Assembly (NCBI GenBank): GCA_016844925.1
Contig: JAERTI010000043.1
Coordinates: forward strand, 197,110 to 261,109
Direction: 5' to 3'
DNA length: 64,000 nucleotides
Source: Candidatus Uhrbacteria bacterium
GTDB taxonomy: Bacteria > Patescibacteriota > Patescibacteriia > UBA9934 > GWF2-40-263
A program made the translations under genes and the position numbers. The notes beneath the pieces are model-generated. The model saw only the letters and a program-made list of their open reading frames with translations. It was not told the DNA's origin and ran no database searches. Positions 56,390 through 64,000 of this stretch are shown piece by piece (within the stretch, counting starts at the first letter, position 1; every line of letters starts with the position of its first letter).

Positions 56390-56827
56390 ATGAAAGCTGT
56401 TGTGCAGCGCGTTAAACGCGCATCTGTGACCGTTGACGGAGAGGTGACTGGGGCGATTAAACAGGGGCTCTTAGTGCTTTTGGGTATCCATCAAGACGAT
56501 ACAGATGACAAGATTGAGAAGATGGCTGGGAGGCTAGCTCGTCTGCGGATCTTTGAAGATGACGAAGGAAAGATGTCGCGGTCAGTTCAAGATATCGGCG
56601 GGGGTGTACTCGTCGTGAGCCAGTTCACGCTTTGTGCAGATACAAAGAAAGGGAACAGACCGAGCTTCGTTGAGTCGGCGCGACCTGAGAAGGCGGAGCC
56701 GATGTACGAGGCTGTGGTCGAGGCGCTGCGCGCACTGGACGTACCTGTTGAGACCGGGCGTTTCGCTGCGATGATGGATGTGGAGCTGGTGAACGATGGG
56801 CCTGTAACGATCCTGTTCGACTTTTAA
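56390..56827 (+). CDS. dtd: D-aminoacyl-tRNA deacylase
   Basis: MKAVVQRV, LRIF.D, VSQFTL, NDGPVT. Confidence 0.96.
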   Translation: MKAVVQRVKRASVTVDGEVTGAIKQGLLVLLGIHQDDTDDKIEKMAGRLARLRIFEDDEGKMSRSVQDIGGGVLVVSQFTLCADTKKGNRPSFVESARPEKAEPMYEAVVEALRALDVPVETGRFAAMMDVELVNDGPVTILFDF

Positions 56828-56904
56828 AAGACACTCCCCGGTTCGCCGGGGATTTTTGTTTGGAAAAGTAAAAACCCACCCGTCGTAGAGGGTGGGGGTG
56901 AGGC

Positions 56905-58866
56905 CTAGGCGGCCTCGAGGGCGTCCAGCTCGTCGAGCCAGACCTTGAGCAGGTTCACGTCCGGCGGAGCGCGCCAGTCGCCGCGGGGGGACAGCGCCAC
57001 CGAACCCATCTTGGGGCTCGAGGGGACGTTCTCCCGCTTGTACTGCATTCGGCTGAACCGCTTGTAGAACAGGCGGAGCCACTTGCGGATGGTGACCTGG
57101 TCGTAGGTGCCTTTGAAGGCGATGCCGGCCAGGAAGTCCGTCTTGGTGGCGCTGAAGCCGTGGCGCAGCAGGCACCAGAGGAAGAAGTCGTGCAGCTCGT
57201 AGGGGCCGACGATGTCTTCCGTCTTCTGTTCGATCTCCCCGGAATCGGGGCGCACCAGCTCGGGGCTGATGGGCGTGTCGACGATGTCGAGGATCGTGGC
57301 CGTGGCCTCGGGGAAGAGGTTCTTCTGCGCGACCCAGTTCACCACGTGCTTGATCAGCGTCTTGGGGATACCACCGTTGGGGTTGTACATGCTCTGTACG
57401 TCCCCGTTGTAGGTGCACCAGCCCAGGGCGATCTCGGAAAGGTCGCCGGTGCCGATCACGAAGCCCAGGTCCATGAGGATCTCGGTTCGCTCACGCGCCT
57501 GAGCGTTCTCGCACTTGAGGCACTTCCAGCACGGCTCGTGGCCGATGGCCTTGAGGCGGGCTGCCACCAACTCTTCGATGGGGATGACCTTGACGGTGAA
57601 GCCCAGAGCCTTGGGCAGGGCCGTGGAGTTGCGCAGAGTCCGCTCCGTGGTGCCGGGCCCCGGCATGGAAACGGCCGTCACGTCCTTGATGTCCCAGTCC
57701 ATGCGCTTGTACAGCTGGGCGAGCTCGAGGGCGGTGCAGGACGAATCCAGGCCGCCGGAGTTGCCGAAGACCACCTTGGGGCTCTGGCCGCGCCCCACAT
57801 GGAGCAATCGCCGGCGCAGGCCGATGATGGCGTGCATGAACACGTCATCGCAGCGTCGGTCCAGCGTCGCGGGGTTGCTGGGTACGAATGGGTGCGGGTC
57901 GATGCGTGCGTGCAAAGGCTTGTTCTTGAAGAACCAGTCGAGGCTGAAGGTCTCGACCTGTACGCGTCGCACGGGCGGGGCTTGGGCGATACACTCGCCG
58001 AAGCTGCCGGTGAAGATGCGTTCGTGGCGCAGTCGGCCGACGTCGATGTCTCGGATGAGCGACTGAGGCCCTTGCGCGAACCGTTCGGTCTGTCCGATCA
58101 CGTGCCCGCCTTGGGCGATGAGGCAGTGCCCATCGAAGACGACGTCTCCGGTGGACTCCTCGATGCCGCTGGCGGCGTAGACGTAGGCGCCGATCTGGTC
58201 GCCCGAGCGCTGCGCGATCATCTGTCGGCGGTAGTCCGCCTTGCCGATCTCGCTGTTGGATGCACTCAGGTTCACGATGATCTCGGCGCCAGCCACGGCC
58301 AGGAATGCTCCTGGCTGAATGGGGAGCCAGCCGTCCTCGCAGATCTCGACACCGAAGCTGCCGGCACACTGGCCGTCGAACATCAGGTCGAAGATCAGGT
58401 CGGTACCGACCGGCACCTCCTTGCCCAGCAGCGTCATGGTGCGCGACTTCAGGTGGCTCGCGGGCTTGAACCAGCGGGCCTCGTAGAAGTGCTTGCCATT
58501 GGCGAGCATGCTCTTGGGGATGACCCCGAGCACTTCGCCCATTTGGCAGACCACGGCGACGTTGAACAGCATGCCATCCATGACGAGCGGCATGCCGACG
58601 ACGATGACGGCCTTGACGCTCTCCGTCTTGGAGAGAAGCAAGCTCAGTGCCGCCAGAGCGGCGGTCTGCAGAGACGGCTTGAGGAACAGGTCACCGCAGG
58701 TGTAGCCCGTGAGCGAAAGCTCCGGGGTCACGATGAGCTGAACACCCTTCTCCATGCACGTGAGATCTTCGAGCTGTGCGATCTCCGCGGCATTGGCCAT
58801 GGGATCAGCAACGTGGACCGGTGGGACCACGGTAGCGACGCGGACGAATCCGAGGTTGGGTTCCAT
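56905..58866 (-). CDS. nadE: Glutamine-dependent NAD(+) synthetase
   Basis: Nitrilase domain (PELSLTGY, EICED) plus SGGLDS, ENAQARER, GTGDLSE, SPRGDW. Confidence 0.94.
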   Translation of the reverse strand: MEPNLGFVRVATVVPPVHVADPMANAAEIAQLEDLTCMEKGVQLIVTPELSLTGYTCGDLFLKPSLQTAALAALSLLLSKTESVKAVIVVGMPLVMDGMLFNVAVVCQMGEVLGVIPKSMLANGKHFYEARWFKPASHLKSRTMTLLGKEVPVGTDLIFDLMFDGQCAGSFGVEICEDGWLPIQPGAFLAVAGAEIIVNLSASNSEIGKADYRRQMIAQRSGDQIGAYVYAASGIEESTGDVVFDGHCLIAQGGHVIGQTERFAQGPQSLIRDIDVGRLRHERIFTGSFGECIAQAPPVRRVQVETFSLDWFFKNKPLHARIDPHPFVPSNPATLDRRCDDVFMHAIIGLRRRLLHVGRGQSPKVVFGNSGGLDSSCTALELAQLYKRMDWDIKDVTAVSMPGPGTTERTLRNSTALPKALGFTVKVIPIEELVAARLKAIGHEPCWKCLKCENAQARERTEILMDLGFVIGTGDLSEIALGWCTYNGDVQSMYNPNGGIPKTLIKHVVNWVAQKNLFPEATATILDIVDTPISPELVRPDSGEIEQKTEDIVGPYELHDFFLWCLLRHGFSATKTDFLAGIAFKGTYDQVTIRKWLRLFYKRFSRMQYKRENVPSSPKMGSVALSPRGDWRAPPDVNLLKVWLDELDALEAA

Positions 58867-58966
58867 GTGAGTCTCCAGTTGGAAGGTTCGTTTCAAACGT
58901 GAGAGCACGATCAGGCTTGATCTTGCGCTCGCGTAAAAGCTCGTGCGTGTCACGAGCAGGAGTGGA

Positions 58967-59629
58967 TCAAGGGGTCAAGTTTCCGAGGATCCAGGAGAGG
59001 TAGTGATCGCGTGTGTCGTCGGTCAGATTGCCAGAGATCCTCTGATCCACCATCTGGAAGAGAATCGTGGCACGCAACCACTGAGCGAACGCGAAGGTAC
59101 GAATCCCTTGGTGGACGGTGTCCGGGTCGATGAACTGGGAGATGGGCATGCGCACGCGATCGATGCGCTCACCTTCGTCCTTGTTCCCCAGGCCCGTCTC
59201 GGGTCCCGTGACCTGATCGTCCTCGACGAAGACCACGGAGAGGAAGGCTCGTTCGGCGAGGATGCCAGCCGACAAGCTCATCGAGTGACCGCCGTTGAGC
59301 ATCTGCACGTCCTCTTCGGTGATGGTCGTGCCACACTCTTCCAGCGCTTCCTTGACCAGCAGGGCCTTGGGGCCCAGGTCGACGTCGAAGCGCCCCGCGA
59401 CGGTCTCGGTTTCCGCGCCGGTGGGGTTCTCCTCCCGGCGCTGGGAGAGGTGCTCCTGGCGAATCAAGATGACCTCGCCGCGCGTGAGATCGACGAGCAG
59501 GCCGTTGACCGAGTTGCTGACCCGGACGACTTCACGGTTGAACCCGTGACCGTCGTTCCAGACCTCTACGACGCAGAAGCCTTCGTGCGCGAGAGCAACC
59601 ACCTCAGGGGGGTATTGTTCTTCGGACAT
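58967..59629 (-). CDS. NUDIX hydrolase, ADP-ribose pyrophosphatase-like
   Basis: AGRFD......L.KEALEECG, SAG...E, EGE.I. Confidence 0.82.
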   Translation of the reverse strand: MSEEQYPPEVVALAHEGFCVVEVWNDGHGFNREVVRVSNSVNGLLVDLTRGEVILIRQEHLSQRREENPTGAETETVAGRFDVDLGPKALLVKEALEECGTTITEEDVQMLNGGHSMSLSAGILAERAFLSVVFVEDDQVTGPETGLGNKDEGERIDRVRMPISQFIDPDTVHQGIRTFAFAQWLRATILFQMVDQRISGNLTDDTRDHYLSWILGNLTP

Positions 59630-59710
59630 GGTTCCTTCTCCAACGATGTCTCTCTGCATCGAGAGGCATCTTTGAAAAGGGGCGAGAGCGTGTCTCGCCG
59701 CCAGCGCGTG

Positions 59711-60763
59711 CTAGTACAGCACGTCGCCGTTGTGGTCCCAGTTGCGGTAGCCGTGGCCGTCGGGCTTGTGCACGATGGACTTCATCACGGTGCCGCCGTT
59801 GGCTTCCTCGCAGCGGGCGAACGTGACGTTCACGCCGTGGGAGGGATCCTTGAAGATGCCGCCGACCAGGAACACGGGCGTGCCCCAGGGGAGGGGGTTG
59901 CCCAGGCTCAGGCCATCCGGGTTGTCCGGGATTTCGGCGATGAGCTCGAACGCCTCCTGGAGGGGTCCGATGTCGATCCAGTTGTCGGCGTTCCACTGCA
60001 CGACTTCCTGGTTGCTGACCTGGTAGCTTTCGGGTCGCCAGACCTCGCGGATCACGACCATCTGCACACCCATGTCACCGAGCACACGGATGTAGTCCAT
60101 GATGTCGTCGACGTTCGCGATGCCCTCGCGGTTGATCACCAGCGAGGCACGCACGAGCAGTCCGAGCTCTCGGGCTTGCTTGATCAGCCCGATGGGGCTG
60201 TGCTTCTGCAGCATCAGCGCACGGTTTGTGTCCGGCTCGTGGTGAGCGATGGACAGCGTGATCATGGTGAGGCCGGCGTCGACCAGCTTCTTGAGCAGAT
60301 TCTCCTTGGGCATGCCCGGCAGCATCAGGTAGCCGTTGGTGTGCATGTCCACGAGCGGGACGTACTCACGTGCCGTACGGATGACGTCGATCAGGTAGTC
60401 GTCGTCCTCCTGCGTGGGGTCCGCCCGTCCGGTGAGGATGGCGTGACTGGCCCCGAGCTGCTTGGCGTAGCCGAGTCCGACGCGGAGTCGGTCCATGTTG
60501 AAGGTCTTGCGAGTGCGCGGGTCCACGTCCGTGGTTCCAGGGGTGGTGCGGCTGATGCAGAACTTGCATCCGGCCGTACAGCGAGGGTTGTCGCTCATCT
60601 GGAACGAGATCGACTGCGCGCGCATCTGGCCCGAGCCGTGTGCGATGGGACGGGACTCCTCCGGCTCCACGGAGGAGCTGGCGCGCGCGGCGCGGAGCGA
60701 GTGCAAGAACAAGGTGCCTGCAGCACGAAGCGTGCCGCGCAGGCCGAATCGGGATCGGGTCAT
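59711..60763 (-). CDS. Radical SAM protein of unknown function
   Basis: CTAGCKFC (CxxxCxxC), LTG..DP, HTNG. Confidence 0.85.
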   Translation of the reverse strand: MTRSRFGLRGTLRAAGTLFLHSLRAARASSSVEPEESRPIAHGSGQMRAQSISFQMSDNPRCTAGCKFCISRTTPGTTDVDPRTRKTFNMDRLRVGLGYAKQLGASHAILTGRADPTQEDDDYLIDVIRTAREYVPLVDMHTNGYLMLPGMPKENLLKKLVDAGLTMITLSIAHHEPDTNRALMLQKHSPIGLIKQARELGLLVRASLVINREGIANVDDIMDYIRVLGDMGVQMVVIREVWRPESYQVSNQEVVQWNADNWIDIGPLQEAFELIAEIPDNPDGLSLGNPLPWGTPVFLVGGIFKDPSHGVNVTFARCEEANGGTVMKSIVHKPDGHGYRNWDHNGDVLY

Positions 60764-60861
60764 GGCTGTCTCCTTCAGCATCGTCCGCCCCAGGTTGGGG
60801 CAGGCGGTGAAAAGGGGCGAGGGGCATCGGGGTTGCCAATGTCTCGCCGCGTTGTGGTTGT

Positions 60862-62154
60862 TCAGACCGTCTGGAGGACGTTGTAGGTCTCCTCGTAGCC
60901 GAACACGCGCTTGTAGCGCTCGATCTCCTCGGGGTCACCGATCGCCTTGGCGATGTTGTCCGAGAGCTTGACCGTGCTGTACCAGGTGCCGCCCACGTAG
61001 CGGGCGTACCAGGGCTTGATGACCAGCGAGCGGGTCGGGAGACCCAGGTCGTTGGTCAGGTTGGTGCCCCAACCGAAGCTCACCTTGATGCGGCCTCGGA
61101 AGTGGTAGAACAGCTTCAGAATGGTCGGCAGGTCCAGGCCGTCCGAGAAGATGAGCATCTTCCCACGCGGGTCGATGCCGAAGCTCTCGTACAGAGCGAT
61201 GAGCATCTCACCGTAGGCGATGGGGTCGCCCGAATCGTGGCGGAAGCCCTTCCACTGTTCCAGCTGCTTGCGCAGGAAGTCGCGGAAGAAGGCCTTGGAA
61301 CCGAAGGTGTCGGTCAGTCCGATGGAGAGACCTTCGCCGTAGGTGGCCCACCAGATGTTCAGCATCTCCTGCTGGCTGGCGAGCAGGGCCTTGTCCGGGT
61401 CTTCTGCAGCGCCCGTGAGGGCCGCGATGATCATGGGCTTCTGGTGGCCGTTGGTGCCCATCGGAAGCAGATCGTGGAGCATGGCGGATTCGACGTTGGA
61501 CGTGCCCAGGAACTGGCCCTTCAGCACTTCGGCCATGACCTGGTCCACGTAGTGCTGCCAGGCTCGGAAGGCGCGACGGCGCGTGCCGAAGTCGCAGACG
61601 AGCAGTCCGGGATGCTTCTTGATCTCGAGGATCTTTTCCCAGAGGCGCTTCTTGCCCTCGGCAATGACCACGTCTCGCTCCAGGCGCGACATGCCTCGCA
61701 GGCTCTTGCGCGTACGCAGGCCATTGATGGATGCCAGGCCGGGGACTTCCCAGTGGATGCCCTTGGACCAGAGGCCCATGAAGCGAAGGTCGAGCTGACC
61801 TTCGGGGGTCTCTTCCAGACCGAAGGTTGGCCGCTGAAGCGTGCGAAGGTGATCCATGTACGCGGGACCGAACATCCGGTCTCCGTATTCGTCGGTGCCC
61901 AGCACGTAGTGCAGCTCGGTTCGCTTGAACCGGTCGTCTTCCAGCGTCTCGAGGGTGGCGGTCAGCTCGTCGACGTCCAGCTCTTCTGCCAGAGGAACGT
62001 CGGTGTTCCGGTTGGTCAGGCGGTAGTCGACTTCGACGTTGCCATAGTGCAGCACGATGGGTTGCCCCATCGAGTAGGTATAGAAGTCGTCATCGAGCAT
62101 GCCGCCGACGACAGGCCCTTCACATGCGGCTTCGACAAGAGGGTCGCTCAACAT
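60862..62154 (-). CDS. pncB: Nicotinate phosphoribosyltransferase
   Basis: LDDDFY..SM, DFGTRRR, GTSNV, GT.GH, RHDSGDP, IFSDGLD, FGWGTNLTND, KLSD...KA.G. Confidence 0.93.
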   Translation of the reverse strand: MLSDPLVEAACEGPVVGGMLDDDFYTYSMGQPIVLHYGNVEVDYRLTNRNTDVPLAEELDVDELTATLETLEDDRFKRTELHYVLGTDEYGDRMFGPAYMDHLRTLQRPTFGLEETPEGQLDLRFMGLWSKGIHWEVPGLASINGLRTRKSLRGMSRLERDVVIAEGKKRLWEKILEIKKHPGLLVCDFGTRRRAFRAWQHYVDQVMAEVLKGQFLGTSNVESAMLHDLLPMGTNGHQKPMIIAALTGAAEDPDKALLASQQEMLNIWWATYGEGLSIGLTDTFGSKAFFRDFLRKQLEQWKGFRHDSGDPIAYGEMLIALYESFGIDPRGKMLIFSDGLDLPTILKLFYHFRGRIKVSFGWGTNLTNDLGLPTRSLVIKPWYARYVGGTWYSTVKLSDNIAKAIGDPEEIERYKRVFGYEETYNVLQTV

Positions 62155-62328
62155 GTCTTTCTCCAGGTTGATGGTACAACCCCGCGATGATGGTCATCAC
62201 GGGGAGAAATCTGGACTCGAGGGTCTCGAGCGCAGGTTTCTTGTAAATAGGTCGCGCCGCCGAGCCGAGACGGTCTCGACAGGGCGGGCGACAGAGTTGA
62301 TCATGACACGTCGTTCGCGAGCGACGTG

Positions 62329-63771
62329 TCAGCTGGGGAAGTAGAGTCCCCGGATCTTGGCGGCCAGGTCGGTCTCGGGGAAGAAGCCGAGGGTGGCCGC
62401 GTGGGTGCGCGAGAGGCGCATGGAGATGCGGATCACGTTGCTCATGCGAACCTTGCCGTTGAGCAGAAGCTGCATGGGGCGCTTGTGAGCCTGTTCGATG
62501 TCCACGGTGACTTCATCCTGCGCGCTGAGGCGGGCGAAGTTCCAACGCTGACCACGGTAGGTGGTGCCAGCGCCGACGAGGACCATCTCGGGCGTGCCGG
62601 CCGTCAGAGGCATGCCGCCGTAGGAGCGAGCCCAGCCGGTAGAGCCGGCCGCGGTGGCGAGCATGAGTCCGTCTCCGGAGAGCCAGTCGAAGACGAGCTC
62701 GCCGTTGAGGTAGACCCTCATGGCCCCGCTCTGCACAGACTCGCCGTTGCTCATCGCGCGGATGAACGCCTCGTTGAACGCGAGTTCCTTGATCTGACTT
62801 CCATCCTGAGCCAGAGCACTGACTTCCAGCAGAGGCTGTTGGTACAGGTGCACGATACCGCGACGCAGACGCGCCTCGAGTTCATCGACGGTTCCGTCGT
62901 TGAGCAGGAAGCCGACGGTGCCGGCGTTCAGACCGATGGACGGCCGTGGGTCGCCGAGGTTTCCTTGCACGCAGTCGAGCTTGAAACCGTCACCACCAGC
63001 TTCGATCCTGTGCGTGATTGGACCTTGGGCGAGTGCGTAGACGCGATCACACATGAGTGCCAGTGCGACCTCGCGCTCGCGGCGCTTCGGATCCTTGCTG
63101 ACGTTTACCAGCACCTGCGCGCGACCAGTCAGCTTCTGGCGGACCGGTCCCAGGGCTGCACCGCTGGTGTACAGGCGCCACTGGCGCATGTATGCGGCAA
63201 CACCGCGAGAGACGAGGTGTTCGTACTCCTCGTGCAGACCGGCACAGTTGCGGATCTCCTTGCTGGAGCCGGCACGGGTGTCCTTGAGAATCAGGCTGCG
63301 CGGAGGTAGGTCGCTCTGGTTGAATCGATAGCCTGCCCTGGGCAGGAACAGGAACCGAGATTGGGACCAGAGCATCTGGCCCTTGTGCCAGCTCTTGTGG
63401 ATCTGACTGTTCTGCGTGGCGCCGTTCTCGATCAGGTCTCCACCGATGACGATCCAGACGTCGTGCCCAGCAACCTTCAGGCGCTCATGAATGTCCCAGG
63501 TGCGCTCGTACTCGTCACGCTCCAGGTCGCTTAGGTCCAGGATGATGCGCGGATCGCGATCACCGAAGGCGATGCGGCACATGTTGGCACGGTGCAGGGG
63601 AGTGGTGTCCCCGTTGCTCTCTTTGTCCGGTCGACCTCCACAGGGGATGATCAGCAGACGGTCATCGGGGGTCATGTTCTCCAGGATGATGTCCACCATG
63701 CTTTCATGGTGTTTCCCGGGCGGGTTGAAACTTCCACCGAGGAAGTAGGTCCGTCCAGACGGTGCGTTCAT
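62329..63771 (-). CDS. Fusion of NadD-like nucleotidyltransferase and NAD kinase
   Basis: N-terminal GGSFNPP..HH, IGGD, SS..IR; C-terminal GGDG, G..GFL, NE, GDGLMLAT.AGSTG. Confidence 0.85.
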   Translation of the reverse strand: MNAPSGRTYFLGGSFNPPGKHHESMVDIILENMTPDDRLLIIPCGGRPDKESNGDTTPLHRANMCRIAFGDRDPRIILDLSDLERDEYERTWDIHERLKVAGHDVWIVIGGDLIENGATQNSQIHKSWHKGQMLWSQSRFLFLPRAGYRFNQSDLPPRSLILKDTRAGSSKEIRNCAGLHEEYEHLVSRGVAAYMRQWRLYTSGAALGPVRQKLTGRAQVLVNVSKDPKRREREVALALMCDRVYALAQGPITHRIEAGGDGFKLDCVQGNLGDPRPSIGLNAGTVGFLLNDGTVDELEARLRRGIVHLYQQPLLEVSALAQDGSQIKELAFNEAFIRAMSNGESVQSGAMRVYLNGELVFDWLSGDGLMLATAAGSTGWARSYGGMPLTAGTPEMVLVGAGTTYRGQRWNFARLSAQDEVTVDIEQAHKRPMQLLLNGKVRMSNVIRISMRLSRTHAATLGFFPETDLAAKIRGLYFPS

Positions 63772-63916
63772 GGGTTCCTCCGAAGGTCAAAGGGCGGGGC
63801 TCCAAGACCGGGATGGTCGTGGAGTAAAATCTGGGCTCGACTGGATCGAGCGCAGGTTTTAAATAGGCCCGCTGCCGAGGAGGAGTACTCCAAGGCGGGC
63901 GGGCAAGGGGTGTGAA

Positions 63917-64000
63917 CTACGAGAGTCGCTTCGCCAGGATGGCGCCGCGGGACGCCATGGTCCACAGGCCGACGTGGTGCGCGGCCTCGCGCGGGTGGCC
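63917..64000 (-). CDS. Probable C-terminal fragment of a gene extending beyond the window
   Basis: Open frame ...GHPREAAHHVGLWTMASRGAILAKRLS-stop with GC3 bias. Confidence 0.35.
   Translation of the reverse strand, partial: GHPREAAHHVGLWTMASRGAILAKRLS

Noticed and set aside
57160-63309. Long plus-strand ORFs (580, 647, 362 and 327 aa)
   Set aside because: Antisense shadows of high-GC3 genes (nadE, Nudix/radical SAM, pncB, nadD-K); no motifs of their own
1-64000. Prophage, IS element or integrative element
   Set aside because: No transposase, integrase, terminase or capsid motifs seen, and no duplicated tRNA 3' end noticed

Overview
Chromosomal segment of a small-genome bacterium, most likely Patescibacteria/CPR (inferred from the short ProRS, split ComEC, CPR-style IF2 N-terminus, tRNA-Arg(UCG) and apparently leaderless core genes). 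Housekeeping genes (nusB, rnc, proS, HU, rny, truB, infB, trxAB, gdhA, leuS, ugd, comEC, ndk, dtd, two tRNAs) alternate with GC-richer accessory genes. The main unexplained system is a set of five leader-peptide attenuators, four of whose leaders are not called at their own starts in the ORF track. Their sensing segments are Lys-rich, Phe-rich, Ile/Val/Leu-rich, a His3 tail on a TrpR-like protein, and a leader containing 18 of the 20 amino acids. Each has a visible terminator and antiterminator, and they precede GNAT acyltransferases, N-acyl-amino-acid deacylases (AstE/AspA, M20) and an MFS transporter rather than biosynthetic operons. Other notable features are seven ~500-aa paralogs (six in tandem, each with its own promoter and terminator) sharing a coiled coil and winged-helix-like C-terminus, a ~275-nt structured ncRNA heading that array, a 6S-like RNA upstream of rny, and two unusual NAD-related clusters. 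All calls come from reading motifs by eye; no database searches were run.
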